A stretch of 64,000 nt of DNA, taken from the NCBI GenBank assembly GCA_964482795.1, contig CAYZZI010000013.1, positions 805 through 64,804 on the forward strand, written 5' to 3'. Position 1 is the stretch's first letter. Every line of letters starts with the position of its first letter. Under the pieces are notes generated by a model that saw only the letters and a program-made list of their open reading frames with translations, had not been told where the DNA came from and ran no database searches. A program made the position numbers and the translations under genes. Origin of the DNA: an uncultured Klebsiella sp. GTDB lineage: Bacteria; Chloroflexota; Chloroflexia; Chloroflexales; Roseiflexaceae. Shown here in pieces: positions 1 through 8,159 of this stretch.

Positions 1-724
1 GGCCACTCATCACCACGTCAATCGTCGATTCGCTCCAGTCACAACCGGCATACACGTACCCGGCAATCAACTTGGCCGACTGCACACTCACCAACTGCCG
101 GCGATAGGCGGCTTTGGCGACCAACTCGGGCGAGGCCGATGGATTGGCGATGAGTAAGGCACCGTGATCGACCAAGGCCGCACTGGGCGATTGATGCACC
201 CACAGGTCTTCGCAGATTTCGACGCCACAGCGTACGCCGGCGACATCGAACACCAATTGCGTGCCGAACGGCACCGGCGTCGTACCAATCATGGTGGTTG
301 TGTTGGTGTGTGGCCAGTGTTGATACCAGCGCTTCTCATAAAATTCGCCGTAGCTGGGCAAAAACTGCTTCGGCACAATGCCTTTGATGGCCCCCTCAGC
401 AATGACCACTGCCACGTTATACAGGGCATCCTGATGCGCCAACGGCAAGCCGACAATCATCGCCGTCACATGGCCAGCAGTGTGATGCGCCAGGGTGAGC
501 AAGGCGTCGTGTGCCTGGCGTAACAAGCGCGGTTGCAACACCAAATCACCGAGTGAATAACCGGTGACACACAGCTCAGGGTAGACAACGAGCGCTACAC
601 CTTGCGCCACTGCTGCGTCGTAGAGGTGCTGAATTTGGGCCACGTTGTGGGCCACATCGGCGACATGCACGACAGGGCATGCCGTTGCCACTCGCAGATA
701 CGCATCGCTGAATTGATATGCCAT
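1..724 (-). CDS. nadE: Glutamine-dependent NAD+ synthetase, N-terminal CN-hydrolase (nitrilase) domain; gene continues past left edge
   Basis: Own translation of the minus strand from ATG at 722-724 gives MAYQFSDAYLRVATACPVVHVADVAHNVAQIQHLYDAAVAQGVALVVYPELCVTGYSLGDLV...VRCGVEICEDLWV...LIANPSASPE. The frame stays open to position 1. It is missing from the ORF track only because no stop lies in the window. Confidence 0.8.
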   Translation of the reverse strand, partial: MAYQFSDAYLRVATACPVVHVADVAHNVAQIQHLYDAAVAQGVALVVYPELCVTGYSLGDLVLQPRLLRQAHDALLTLAHHTAGHVTAMIVGLPLAHQDALYNVAVVIAEGAIKGIVPKQFLPSYGEFYEKRWYQHWPHTNTTTMIGTTPVPFGTQLVFDVAGVRCGVEICEDLWVHQSPSAALVDHGALLIANPSASPELVAKAAYRRQLVSVQSAKLIAGYVYAGCDWSESTIDVVMSG

Positions 725-830
725 GATTGCGCCTCGCCACTGATTTTTATTGCCTTCATACTATCACCATTGGTGCGATTGTGCGATGGACGATTGCACT
801 GGCATATGTCCGTAATGCCGTTGATGCGTG

Positions 831-839
831 TGGTATGAT
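831..839 (+). promoter_or_regulatory. Extended -10 promoter element TGgTATGAT upstream of LLM oxidoreductase gene
   Basis: The sequence tgTGGTATGATg lies 35 nt upstream of the ATG at 874. The same TGGTATNAT element recurs upstream of three other + strand genes in this window. Confidence 0.45.
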
Positions 840-873
840 GACAGCAATCACCCATGGTCAAGGAGATACCATC

Positions 874-1647
874 ATGCCCCGATACAAAGTAGGTGTGCAG
901 TTACAGAACCAGCACACGAGCTACGCCGAGTATGCTGATGCCATTTTGCGTGCTGAGGCAGCTGGCGTCGATTCGCTGTGGAACTGGGATCACTTCTACC
1001 CGCTCTACGGTGACCCCGACGGCAACCACTTCGAGGGCTGGACGCTCCTCACCGCCATGGCTACCCTCACCACCCGCGTCGAAATCGGTTGTCTGGTGCT
1101 GTGTAACAGCTATCGCAACACTCGCCTGTTGGCCCACATGAGCAAGACCCTCGACCACATCAGCAACGGGCGCTACATCCTCGGCATCGGCGCCGGCTGG
1201 TTCGAGCGCGATTATGTCGAGTATGGTTACGAATTCGGCACCGCCGGCGACCGCTTGCGCGCCCTCGGCAAGAGTCTGCCCCTCTTCCGCGAGTACTGGG
1301 CCAAAGAGGTCCCCAAGCCGATGCGCGACATCCCGATTTTGGTCGGTGGTGGCGGCGAGAAGGTCACACTCAAGTTGACTGCCCAATACGCCACCATGTG
1401 GAACGGCTTTGGGCCGCCCGAGACCTACGCCCGCAAAAACGCCATCCTCACCGATTGGTGCAACGAGGTCGGCCGCAATCCAGACGAGATTGAGCGCACT
1501 GCCTCGCTCAGCCCCGATCAACTCGATACGCTCGACGATTTGGCCGCGGCCGGTGCAACACACATGATCATGATGACCGGGCACCCCTACAGCCAAGATG
1601 CCATCGAGAAGTTGGTCGCGTGGCGCGATGCGCGCAACGCCGGTTAA
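874..1647 (+). CDS. LLM-class (luciferase-like) flavin/F420-dependent oxidoreductase
   Basis: The ATG at 874 is preceded by AGGAGA (861-866). Translation reads MPRYKVGVQLQNQHTSYAEY...DSLWNWDHF...GRYILGIGAGWFERDYVEYG, typical of the luciferase-like monooxygenase family. The track ORF start at 727 would overlap the nadE start region. Confidence 0.75.
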   Translation: MPRYKVGVQLQNQHTSYAEYADAILRAEAAGVDSLWNWDHFYPLYGDPDGNHFEGWTLLTAMATLTTRVEIGCLVLCNSYRNTRLLAHMSKTLDHISNGRYILGIGAGWFERDYVEYGYEFGTAGDRLRALGKSLPLFREYWAKEVPKPMRDIPILVGGGGEKVTLKLTAQYATMWNGFGPPETYARKNAILTDWCNEVGRNPDEIERTASLSPDQLDTLDDLAAAGATHMIMMTGHPYSQDAIEKLVAWRDARNAG

Positions 1648-1668
1648 GCGGACAAGTAGGGCATACCC

Positions 1669-2451
1669 ATGATTGCGGTCTACGACAGCGGCATTGGTGG
1701 CACCAGCGTGCTCAAGGCAATCCGCGCGCTCGACAGCCACGTCGACATCATCTATCTCGCTGACCAGGCACGGTGCCCATACGGCGACCGTTCAGCCAGC
1801 GAGATACGCCAGATTGCTCTCGGCTGTGCTCACTGGCTGATTCGCCAAGGCGCAGCACCAGTCGTCGTCGCCTGTAACACGGCCAGTGCTGCTGCGCTGC
1901 ATGATATGCGTCAGCGCCACCCCGAGACACCGTTTGTCGGCATGGTGCCGGCAGTCAAACCCGCCGTCCAGCTCACCCGCAGTGGCGTCGTCGGCGTCAT
2001 GGCAACGGCGGCCACGCTCAACGGCGCACTCTACCACGAGGTCACCCAGCGCTTCGCCCACGATGTTGCGGTGGTCGGTCAAGCCTGCCACGGGCTGGTT
2101 GATTTGGTCGAGGCCGGACAAGTGAGTGGCAGTGCCACCGATACCGCAGTAGCCGCACACGTTACACCACTCGTGCAGGCAGGTGCCGACGTGATTGTAC
2201 TCGGATGTACGCATTATCCGTTTTTGCGTGAAAGCATCAGCCGCGCTGCCCCCCATGTCAGCATCATCGATCCTGCCCCCGCCGTGGCCCGTCACGCGCT
2301 CAACGTCACATCGCACACAGCACAACCCCAACAACACGGTCGAACCATCTACTACACCACCGGTTCGGCGAGTCATCTCGCCTGGCAAATCAGTGCCCTT
2401 GGCCTCCCGTCCGGTGAGGCCACGCATGTCGCAGTAGAGGAGCTCATATGA
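1669..2451 (+). CDS. murI: Glutamate racemase
   Basis: MIAVYDSGIGGTSVLKAI...YLADQARCPYGDRS...VVACNTASAAAL...LGCTHYPFL. Both catalytic Cys motifs (ACNTAS, GCTHYP) are present. Confidence 0.9.
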   Translation: MIAVYDSGIGGTSVLKAIRALDSHVDIIYLADQARCPYGDRSASEIRQIALGCAHWLIRQGAAPVVVACNTASAAALHDMRQRHPETPFVGMVPAVKPAVQLTRSGVVGVMATAATLNGALYHEVTQRFAHDVAVVGQACHGLVDLVEAGQVSGSATDTAVAAHVTPLVQAGADVIVLGCTHYPFLRESISRAAPHVSIIDPAPAVARHALNVTSHTAQPQQHGRTIYYTTGSASHLAWQISALGLPSGEATHVAVEELI

Positions 2452-3146
2452 TGAACAATTGGATCGGATTACTCATCTCGTACCTGTACGCAGGGGGCCT
2501 CCTCATCATTGGTGAGGTGTTGCATCGGCAATTTCACATCTCCAATGACTTGACTCGCAAGGTGGTGCACGTCGGCGCGGGTATGTGGATTTTTGGCGTC
2601 TTGTCGCTCTTCGATTCGTGGCAATTCGGCGTTGTCCCGTTTGCCACATTTATTGTGCTCAACTACGTCTTTTTTCGGATGAAGCTCTTCAAAGGAATTG
2701 ACAGCGATAACGCCAGCATGGGTACCGTCTACTTCGCCATCTCGATTACCATTCTGAGTATCGCACTGTGGCGACCTGAGGGGCCCATTGACCATGCCCC
2801 GGCCGTGGTGGCCGGTATCATGGCCATGACCTGGGGCGATGCGCTCGCTGCCCTCATCGGCAAGCGCTATGGGCGCCATACCTATACCATCAACGGCGGT
2901 ACCCGCAGTTACGAGGGGAGCGCCGTCATGTTCGTGGTATCGTTGATTGTAATTGGCCTGTCACTCACGCTGTTACCTGGTTCAGAACTCACCCCATACG
3001 CCGATTTGCCCAATACCAGTGCCCTCATCATTGCGACCATTCTCGGCGCCACCGTCGCCACCGTAGTCGAGGCCGTCTCACCCCATGGGACCGACAATTT
3101 GACGGTGCCGATATGTGTCACCTTGGTGGCAATGATTGCTGGTTAA
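2448..3146 (+). CDS. CTP-dependent polyprenol/phytol/dolichol kinase-like membrane protein (CTP_transf_1 / VTE5-like family)
   Basis: Polytopic membrane protein with TRKVVHVGAG, WGDALAALIGKRYGRH and SYEGSAVMF motifs. The start overlaps the murI stop (ATGATGA). Confidence 0.6.
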   Translation: MMNNWIGLLISYLYAGGLLIIGEVLHRQFHISNDLTRKVVHVGAGMWIFGVLSLFDSWQFGVVPFATFIVLNYVFFRMKLFKGIDSDNASMGTVYFAISITILSIALWRPEGPIDHAPAVVAGIMAMTWGDALAALIGKRYGRHTYTINGGTRSYEGSAVMFVVSLIVIGLSLTLLPGSELTPYADLPNTSALIIATILGATVATVVEAVSPHGTDNLTVPICVTLVAMIAG

Positions 3147-3147
3147 C

Positions 3148-4452
3148 TCATGCCACCACGGGGGCCGGCCTAGGCGTGCGCACGAACCACTGCATTGTGA
3201 CGGCCCCCAACAACCCAAATACAGCAAGAACGACAAACAAGACCGGAAAGCCGAACTGGTCGGCGATGACTCCGGCAACCAACGGGGCACCCGCTGCCAC
3301 CGGCACGTTGAACGTGTTGGCGATGGCAATATACGCAGCCCGCGATTCAGGCGTAGCAAAGCCAAATACCATGGCAAAGCTCGCCGGCATGTTGCCACCA
3401 AGTGCAATCCCACCCAAGGCAAATACGAGATAAAACCACTCAACGGCTGGGGCAAACCACGCCACGAGCAACCCAGTCGAGACCATCACCGCCGTAAGCA
3501 CCATGATGCGCTTGTGGCCCCAACGATCTGACAACGCCCCAAGACCAAAGTTACCCACCGCTTGTGCCGATAACAACACGATGGTGAAGGTTCCTACCGT
3601 ACTCCCACTCACATCAAACTTGCTCAACGCCGCCGCCGTCACAAAGCTCTGCCCCATCATGCCGATGCCAATCAACACCACCGCAATCAGGTAACGGGTA
3701 AATTCTTGATTGGTACGCAATAACGTCGGCGCCTGCTGAATCAAATGCCAGAACGGCTGACGCGCCTGTGGTGGATGTGGCGGCTCGACACTGATAATCA
3801 CAAACACATATGAGATGGCCATACAGACAAAACAGGTTAGCGCCAAAAACCCCACGTTATTGGGGAATGGCATGGCCGGAACAATCTCCCACGCCCCCAC
3901 GGCCACCGATTTGTTGGCCAAGACCTGCGTGGCCAAACTCGCCCCAGCCACACCGAGGAGACTCCCAAGGCCACTTTGCATACCGAAAAATGTTCCCCAC
4001 AATTTGTTGGGGATAATCCGACTAATAAAGTCCTGCCACGGTACCGCCGTTGCACCTGCACTAAATGTGTGCAACGAGTACAACGCAAAGAAGACCGCAA
4101 GGGTCGTAGTCGCATCAAACGGATTGCCCATGAACAACCACAAACCGATAATTAACCACGGGATACGCTCAAAAAACGTCAACACCAACATGGGCGCTTT
4201 GCGCGTCCACATATGGGCAATCAGTGGCGCCACAAATAACCCGGGCAAGAGCCAACCGGTACTGCCAATCGCCGGAATCAACCCCTGCACCCAACTTTCT
4301 TGCGTATACTGCTGCACAAAATACGGCAACACGGTGTAGTTCGACACCATGTTATAGCCGAACATGAAAACGCCACCCTCAAAGACATTCAAAATAAAAT
4401 TCCGCCGCGCATAGCGCTCTACGACCTGCTCAACCGAATTCCCCTCGGTCAT
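3148..4452 (-). CDS. MFS transporter (paralog 1 of tandem pair)
   Basis: 434 aa with about 12 predicted TM segments. It is collinear and clearly similar along its length to the adjacent 432-aa ORF (RRNFxLNVxEGGxFMFG, LPYFVxQYxQESWxQGLIP, ALSDRWGH). Confidence 0.7.
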   Translation of the reverse strand: MTEGNSVEQVVERYARRNFILNVFEGGVFMFGYNMVSNYTVLPYFVQQYTQESWVQGLIPAIGSTGWLLPGLFVAPLIAHMWTRKAPMLVLTFFERIPWLIIGLWLFMGNPFDATTTLAVFFALYSLHTFSAGATAVPWQDFISRIIPNKLWGTFFGMQSGLGSLLGVAGASLATQVLANKSVAVGAWEIVPAMPFPNNVGFLALTCFVCMAISYVFVIISVEPPHPPQARQPFWHLIQQAPTLLRTNQEFTRYLIAVVLIGIGMMGQSFVTAAALSKFDVSGSTVGTFTIVLLSAQAVGNFGLGALSDRWGHKRIMVLTAVMVSTGLLVAWFAPAVEWFYLVFALGGIALGGNMPASFAMVFGFATPESRAAYIAIANTFNVPVAAGAPLVAGVIADQFGFPVLFVVLAVFGLLGAVTMQWFVRTPRPAPVVA

Positions 4453-4476
4453 GATGCACCTATGTCCTTCTGATGG

Positions 4477-5775
4477 CTATGCGGCTCGCGCATGATTCGG
4501 CAATTGTACCCGCGCATACAAAATATAGACCCCGACGAACCCGAGTACGGCCAACACGACAAATAACCCGATGTAGCCGTACTGCCCGGCGAGCCATCCA
4601 GCCGCCAACGGCGCAATCGCCGAGACGGGCACATTAAACGTGTTGGCCACCGCGATGTAGATTGGCCGCGTTTCGGTCGTGGCAAAGTTCATCACCATAG
4701 TAAAACCCGAGAGTTGATAGCCACCCAGCGCAATCCCACCCAAAATAAAAATCGGGAAGAACCAGAGCGCATTCGGTGCAACCCACGCCAATAACAGCGA
4801 CGCCGACCCCAAAAATCCCGACAACATCAACACCTGCCGATGCCCCCAACGATCCGATAATGCACCGAGCCCAAAGTTGCCCACCGCCTGTGCTGCGAGC
4901 AAGGCTACCGTGAAAGCTCCTACCATGCTCCCGTCAACTTCAAATTTTGATAGTGCAGCGGCCGTCACAAAACTATGCCCTAACATGCCCAACGACAAAC
5001 AGACACGCGCAATCAGGTATGTGGTAAAGCCCGGGTCGTCACGCAATACCTGTGGCATGTTTTTGATGAGTATCCAAAACGGCTGCTTCGCCTGGGTCGG
5101 CGCAATCACCGGCTCAACCGTTAACGCCAAAAAGATGTACGAGATCATCATGCAACCAAAACAGGCCAACGACAAAAAGCCAATGCTAAACGGGAACGCT
5201 TGCGTACCGAGAATCTGCCACTCACCAATCACCAATGGCGTACCCGCTAATACCTGCGTCGCCACTGTGGCACCTGCGACACCGAGCAAACTCCCAAACC
5301 CACTCTGCATGCCGAAAAATGTCCCCCACCGATGCTCGGGAATCACCCGCCCGATGAAGTCCTGCCACGGCACCGAGGTCGCCCCCGCACTAAACATGTG
5401 CATCGAATACAACCCAAAGAAGACCAACAACGTGGTTGATGCATCAAACGTGTTGCCACCAATCAACCAGATACCGATAATCAACCACGGCAAACGCTCA
5501 AGGAACGTGCCAATCAACATGACCGGCTTGCGTCGCCACAACTGTGCAATCAACGGTGCAATAAATAATCCAGGTAACAGCCAGCCAGTGTTGGCAATCG
5601 TCGGTATAAGCCCCTGTAACCAGCTTTCCTGCGAATACTGCTCAACGAAGTATGGCAATACGGTGAAGCGTGACACCATGCTGATGCCAAACATGAACAG
5701 ACCGCCCTCGATTACGTTTAACCAAAAATTGCGCCGCGCGTGGCGCGCCACAAATGCCGCTGTGGCCTCTGTCAT
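4477..5775 (-). CDS. MFS transporter (paralog 2 of tandem pair)
   Basis: 432 aa with the same architecture and shared motifs as 3148-4452, separated from it by a 24-nt spacer. Confidence 0.7.
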   Translation of the reverse strand: MTEATAAFVARHARRNFWLNVIEGGLFMFGISMVSRFTVLPYFVEQYSQESWLQGLIPTIANTGWLLPGLFIAPLIAQLWRRKPVMLIGTFLERLPWLIIGIWLIGGNTFDASTTLLVFFGLYSMHMFSAGATSVPWQDFIGRVIPEHRWGTFFGMQSGFGSLLGVAGATVATQVLAGTPLVIGEWQILGTQAFPFSIGFLSLACFGCMMISYIFLALTVEPVIAPTQAKQPFWILIKNMPQVLRDDPGFTTYLIARVCLSLGMLGHSFVTAAALSKFEVDGSMVGAFTVALLAAQAVGNFGLGALSDRWGHRQVLMLSGFLGSASLLLAWVAPNALWFFPIFILGGIALGGYQLSGFTMVMNFATTETRPIYIAVANTFNVPVSAIAPLAAGWLAGQYGYIGLFVVLAVLGFVGVYILYARVQLPNHARAA

Positions 5776-5802
5776 GAGATCGCCTCTTGTTTCTTCCTGT
5801 GT

Positions 5803-5831
5803 TTGACAGCCGTATCTACCTCAGGTATGCT
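5803..5831 (+). promoter_or_regulatory. Sigma-70-type promoter TTGACA-N17-TATGCT
   Basis: TTGACA lies at 5803-5808, followed by a 17-nt spacer and TATGCT at 5826-5831. This is 41 nt upstream of the ATG at 5872. Confidence 0.55.
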
Positions 5832-5871
5832 TATGGTAATTGTGAACTTCGTCGCAAACTAAGCGGGCATC

Positions 5872-6750
5872 ATGCGTTCAACTGACAAGCACACCCAACC
5901 ACACCTTGATGCCATCGATGCATTAATTACCGCACGTGTTGCACCCAATGCACTCCCTATTGCGAATGAGGCCCTGCAAAGCGACGCAATTGCACTTCCA
6001 CGCCATGTGGTCGCCAATGTGCTTGTAGGTGTGGCGCACCTAGGCACCGCCGACATGCCGCGCACGCACCACGCCGCCGCCGCCCTCGAACTCATTCGAG
6101 CCGGCGCTGCCATGCATCGACGTCTAATTGAACCACCACACGATAATCATACCACGCCAACGCTGCTCCACGGCCCAACCCTGATGCTCGGCGATTACTT
6201 CTATGCCCTTGCTGCCAGCGAAATGGCCGAGGCACCACACGCCAAAATCATCGCCGGATTCTCAACCTGCGTCATCCAACTCGCCGAAGCGTTCTTAGTC
6301 ACCATACCACTTGATGCACCCAACATTGTTGCTGCGGCCTATGCCCAAATTGACGATGTCGAAAGCGTTGTGCTCCAACACGCCATCAAAGCCGGCGCTG
6401 TGTGTGGCACCATCGATGAACAATCACTCCCCACGCACCAACTTGCCCAAGCGCTAGCACGCTACCACGCGCTTGCGCGTCACATCCATGAGGCCCAATA
6501 CGAACCGTTACGTTCGTTTGGACGCAATGCACTTATTTTGCCGCTCGCATATGCCTTGGCACACGATCGCACGCATACCGCCCACCTCATTCATAATCAC
6601 GCCAGCGCCGAGTTAATCGAATATCTGGCACAGACTGGTATCATCGCAACCTGTCAGACCCACCTCGACCAAGCGCGACAACAGGCCCTATCGTTGATTG
6701 CCACACTCAAACCAGGCATCGGCCGCGATATGCTCGCTACATCGTTATAA
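5872..6750 (+). CDS. Polyprenyl-diphosphate-synthase-like protein lacking the Asp-rich catalytic motifs
   Basis: AAAALELIRAGAAMHRRLIEPP aligns by eye with the LExIHxxSLxHDDLxD (FARM) region. FGRNALILPLAYAL resembles the GKxxxxDLxxGKxTLPxxxAL region. DDxxD is replaced by HRRLI, and probably by IHEAQY at the second motif. Confidence 0.5.
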   Translation: MRSTDKHTQPHLDAIDALITARVAPNALPIANEALQSDAIALPRHVVANVLVGVAHLGTADMPRTHHAAAALELIRAGAAMHRRLIEPPHDNHTTPTLLHGPTLMLGDYFYALAASEMAEAPHAKIIAGFSTCVIQLAEAFLVTIPLDAPNIVAAAYAQIDDVESVVLQHAIKAGAVCGTIDEQSLPTHQLAQALARYHALARHIHEAQYEPLRSFGRNALILPLAYALAHDRTHTAHLIHNHASAELIEYLAQTGIIATCQTHLDQARQQALSLIATLKPGIGRDMLATSL

Positions 6751-7236
6751 CCACCACATCCGCACGACCTCAACCACGAGCATGCCTATGGCAACCACGG
6801 TCATCCGTTGAGCAATCGTGTGGCGTGACCACAACACCATTGCACCCACTAGACCAACGAGCACGCCCCATTGCGCTGGCGATGTACACGTCGTCGCTCT
6901 CGTCAGGATCAACGTGCCGCACCCCTGAGCTAATGCATAAGCCGCACCAATCCACGCGCCGAGCGCCACCCACCGCCACGACCAGCAATCGCTCCAGGTC
7001 TGGCTGGCGAGCACCGCTAACAACAACAGCCACGCCATATCGCTTTCGCCAACACGTACCACATCAGAAATCGGCACAAAGACCAGCAACAACCACGCCG
7101 GCATAAGTGTGCGTGCCGCAAGGCGAGGCCACCCGAGTGCTGGTGCAGCGATGATACTGACCAGCAAAAACACTCCTGCCGGATACAACAATACCCGCTC
7201 CCAGGCGTAGACGACGCTAACCACACTACTCCACAT
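6745..7236 (-). CDS. Hypothetical Trp-rich integral membrane protein
   Basis: The ATG at 7236 (MWSSVVSVVYAWERV...) overlaps the stop of the upstream gene (ATGTGGAGTAG). About 5 hydrophobic segments. The longer track ORF (start 7338) would overlap the upstream gene by 113 nt. Confidence 0.5.
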   Translation of the reverse strand: MWSSVVSVVYAWERVLLYPAGVFLLVSIIAAPALGWPRLAARTLMPAWLLLVFVPISDVVRVGESDMAWLLLLAVLASQTWSDCWSWRWVALGAWIGAAYALAQGCGTLILTRATTCTSPAQWGVLVGLVGAMVLWSRHTIAQRMTVVAIGMLVVEVVRMWWL

Positions 7237-8158
7237 GGCGCTCCTCGTCTCTCCACTGCACCGCCACACTGCCCAGCACCACCAACGTGGCCACCAGCCC
7301 CAACCACGGGATTGTCGCCACCGCCTGTTGCCCGGCATTGACCATTGTTACTGCACCATCGCCCCACATGCGACCAAACGCCGAAAGACTTGTCTGTAAC
7401 CGCGCCTCGGTCGCCGTAACCGGCACCAACGCCCATATTAGCCACACCGCCACAATTCGCCACGGAATCGGCCAGGTCAAGTGTGGCACTACCATGATGA
7501 GCGCAATCAGTCCACCAATCACCGCCACGGCACTCCCGGCCGCCACCAGCGCCGTCATCGTCGCCCATACCACCACCACCAGCAACCACGGAGCACCAAC
7601 AACCGCTGCCACCATGGCCCACGGAGTGATCGCAAGGCCGGCTCCCGTGTTGAGCGCCAACACGAGCATCACCACGCTCCACCGCACCCAATCGAGGCGG
7701 CGTTGCCACAGCGCCACGCCAGCAATACTCAGACTAATGACGACAACGCCCACATCCCACCACGGTGGCCAGGCATGCAACGCCGCTAACTGCACCCACG
7801 GCACATACCAACGCCAGGCATCGCGTTGGTGTGGCGTATAGAGACTCATCCCAGCAACAGCAGTCACAACGAGCCACTGCAATTCGGGCCACACCGGTGC
7901 CCACACGACTGCCAGTGCGCCGCTCAGTATCGCTCGCTGCCACCAGCGATGATCGGCAAAGAGCGGCGCCACGATAGTCACAGGTGTCGGCAAGGCACTC
8001 AACAGCGCCGCCATACTGTTACGCCGCGTCGGCGTCTGGCCCATCAACACCTGACTGGCCATGACCACACCAAATAATGCACTTACCCCCAACGATGGAA
8101 TCATCGTGGGGGTAAGCAAACAAACAAGGATCATCACCGTGTGAATCACACGATGCAT
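7226..8158 (-). CDS. Hypothetical Trp/Ala/Val-rich polytopic membrane protein
   Basis: The ATG at 8158 (MHRVIHTVMILVCLL...) lies 1 nt after the acnA stop (8160-8162). Many hydrophobic segments. No family recognised. Confidence 0.5.
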   Translation of the reverse strand: MHRVIHTVMILVCLLTPTMIPSLGVSALFGVVMASQVLMGQTPTRRNSMAALLSALPTPVTIVAPLFADHRWWQRAILSGALAVVWAPVWPELQWLVVTAVAGMSLYTPHQRDAWRWYVPWVQLAALHAWPPWWDVGVVVISLSIAGVALWQRRLDWVRWSVVMLVLALNTGAGLAITPWAMVAAVVGAPWLLVVVVWATMTALVAAGSAVAVIGGLIALIMVVPHLTWPIPWRIVAVWLIWALVPVTATEARLQTSLSAFGRMWGDGAVTMVNAGQQAVATIPWLGLVATLVVLGSVAVQWRDEERHVE

Positions 8159-8159
8159 C

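Noticed and set aside
901-1740. Long antisense or alternative-frame ORFs opposite well-supported genes: 901-1740 (-), 4877-5806 (+), 3815-4339 (+), 7017-7709 (-), 15805-16419 (-), 31716-32591 (-), 45337-46209 (+), 11417-12034 (+).
   Set aside because: Each lies entirely within a gene that has clear family motifs on the other strand or frame. Their translations are low-complexity (Arg/Gly/Pro/His-rich) with no recognisable motifs. This is the typical shadow-ORF behaviour of moderately GC-rich coding DNA.
6745-7338. Possible frameshifted pseudogene: ORFs 6745-7338 and 7226-8221 overlap by 113 nt in different frames.
   Set aside because: An internal ATG at 7236 overlaps the upstream stop codon in the classic ATGTGGAGTAG coupling arrangement. 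The region upstream of it translates to an implausible Arg/Trp/Gly string. Two intact coupled genes is the simpler reading.
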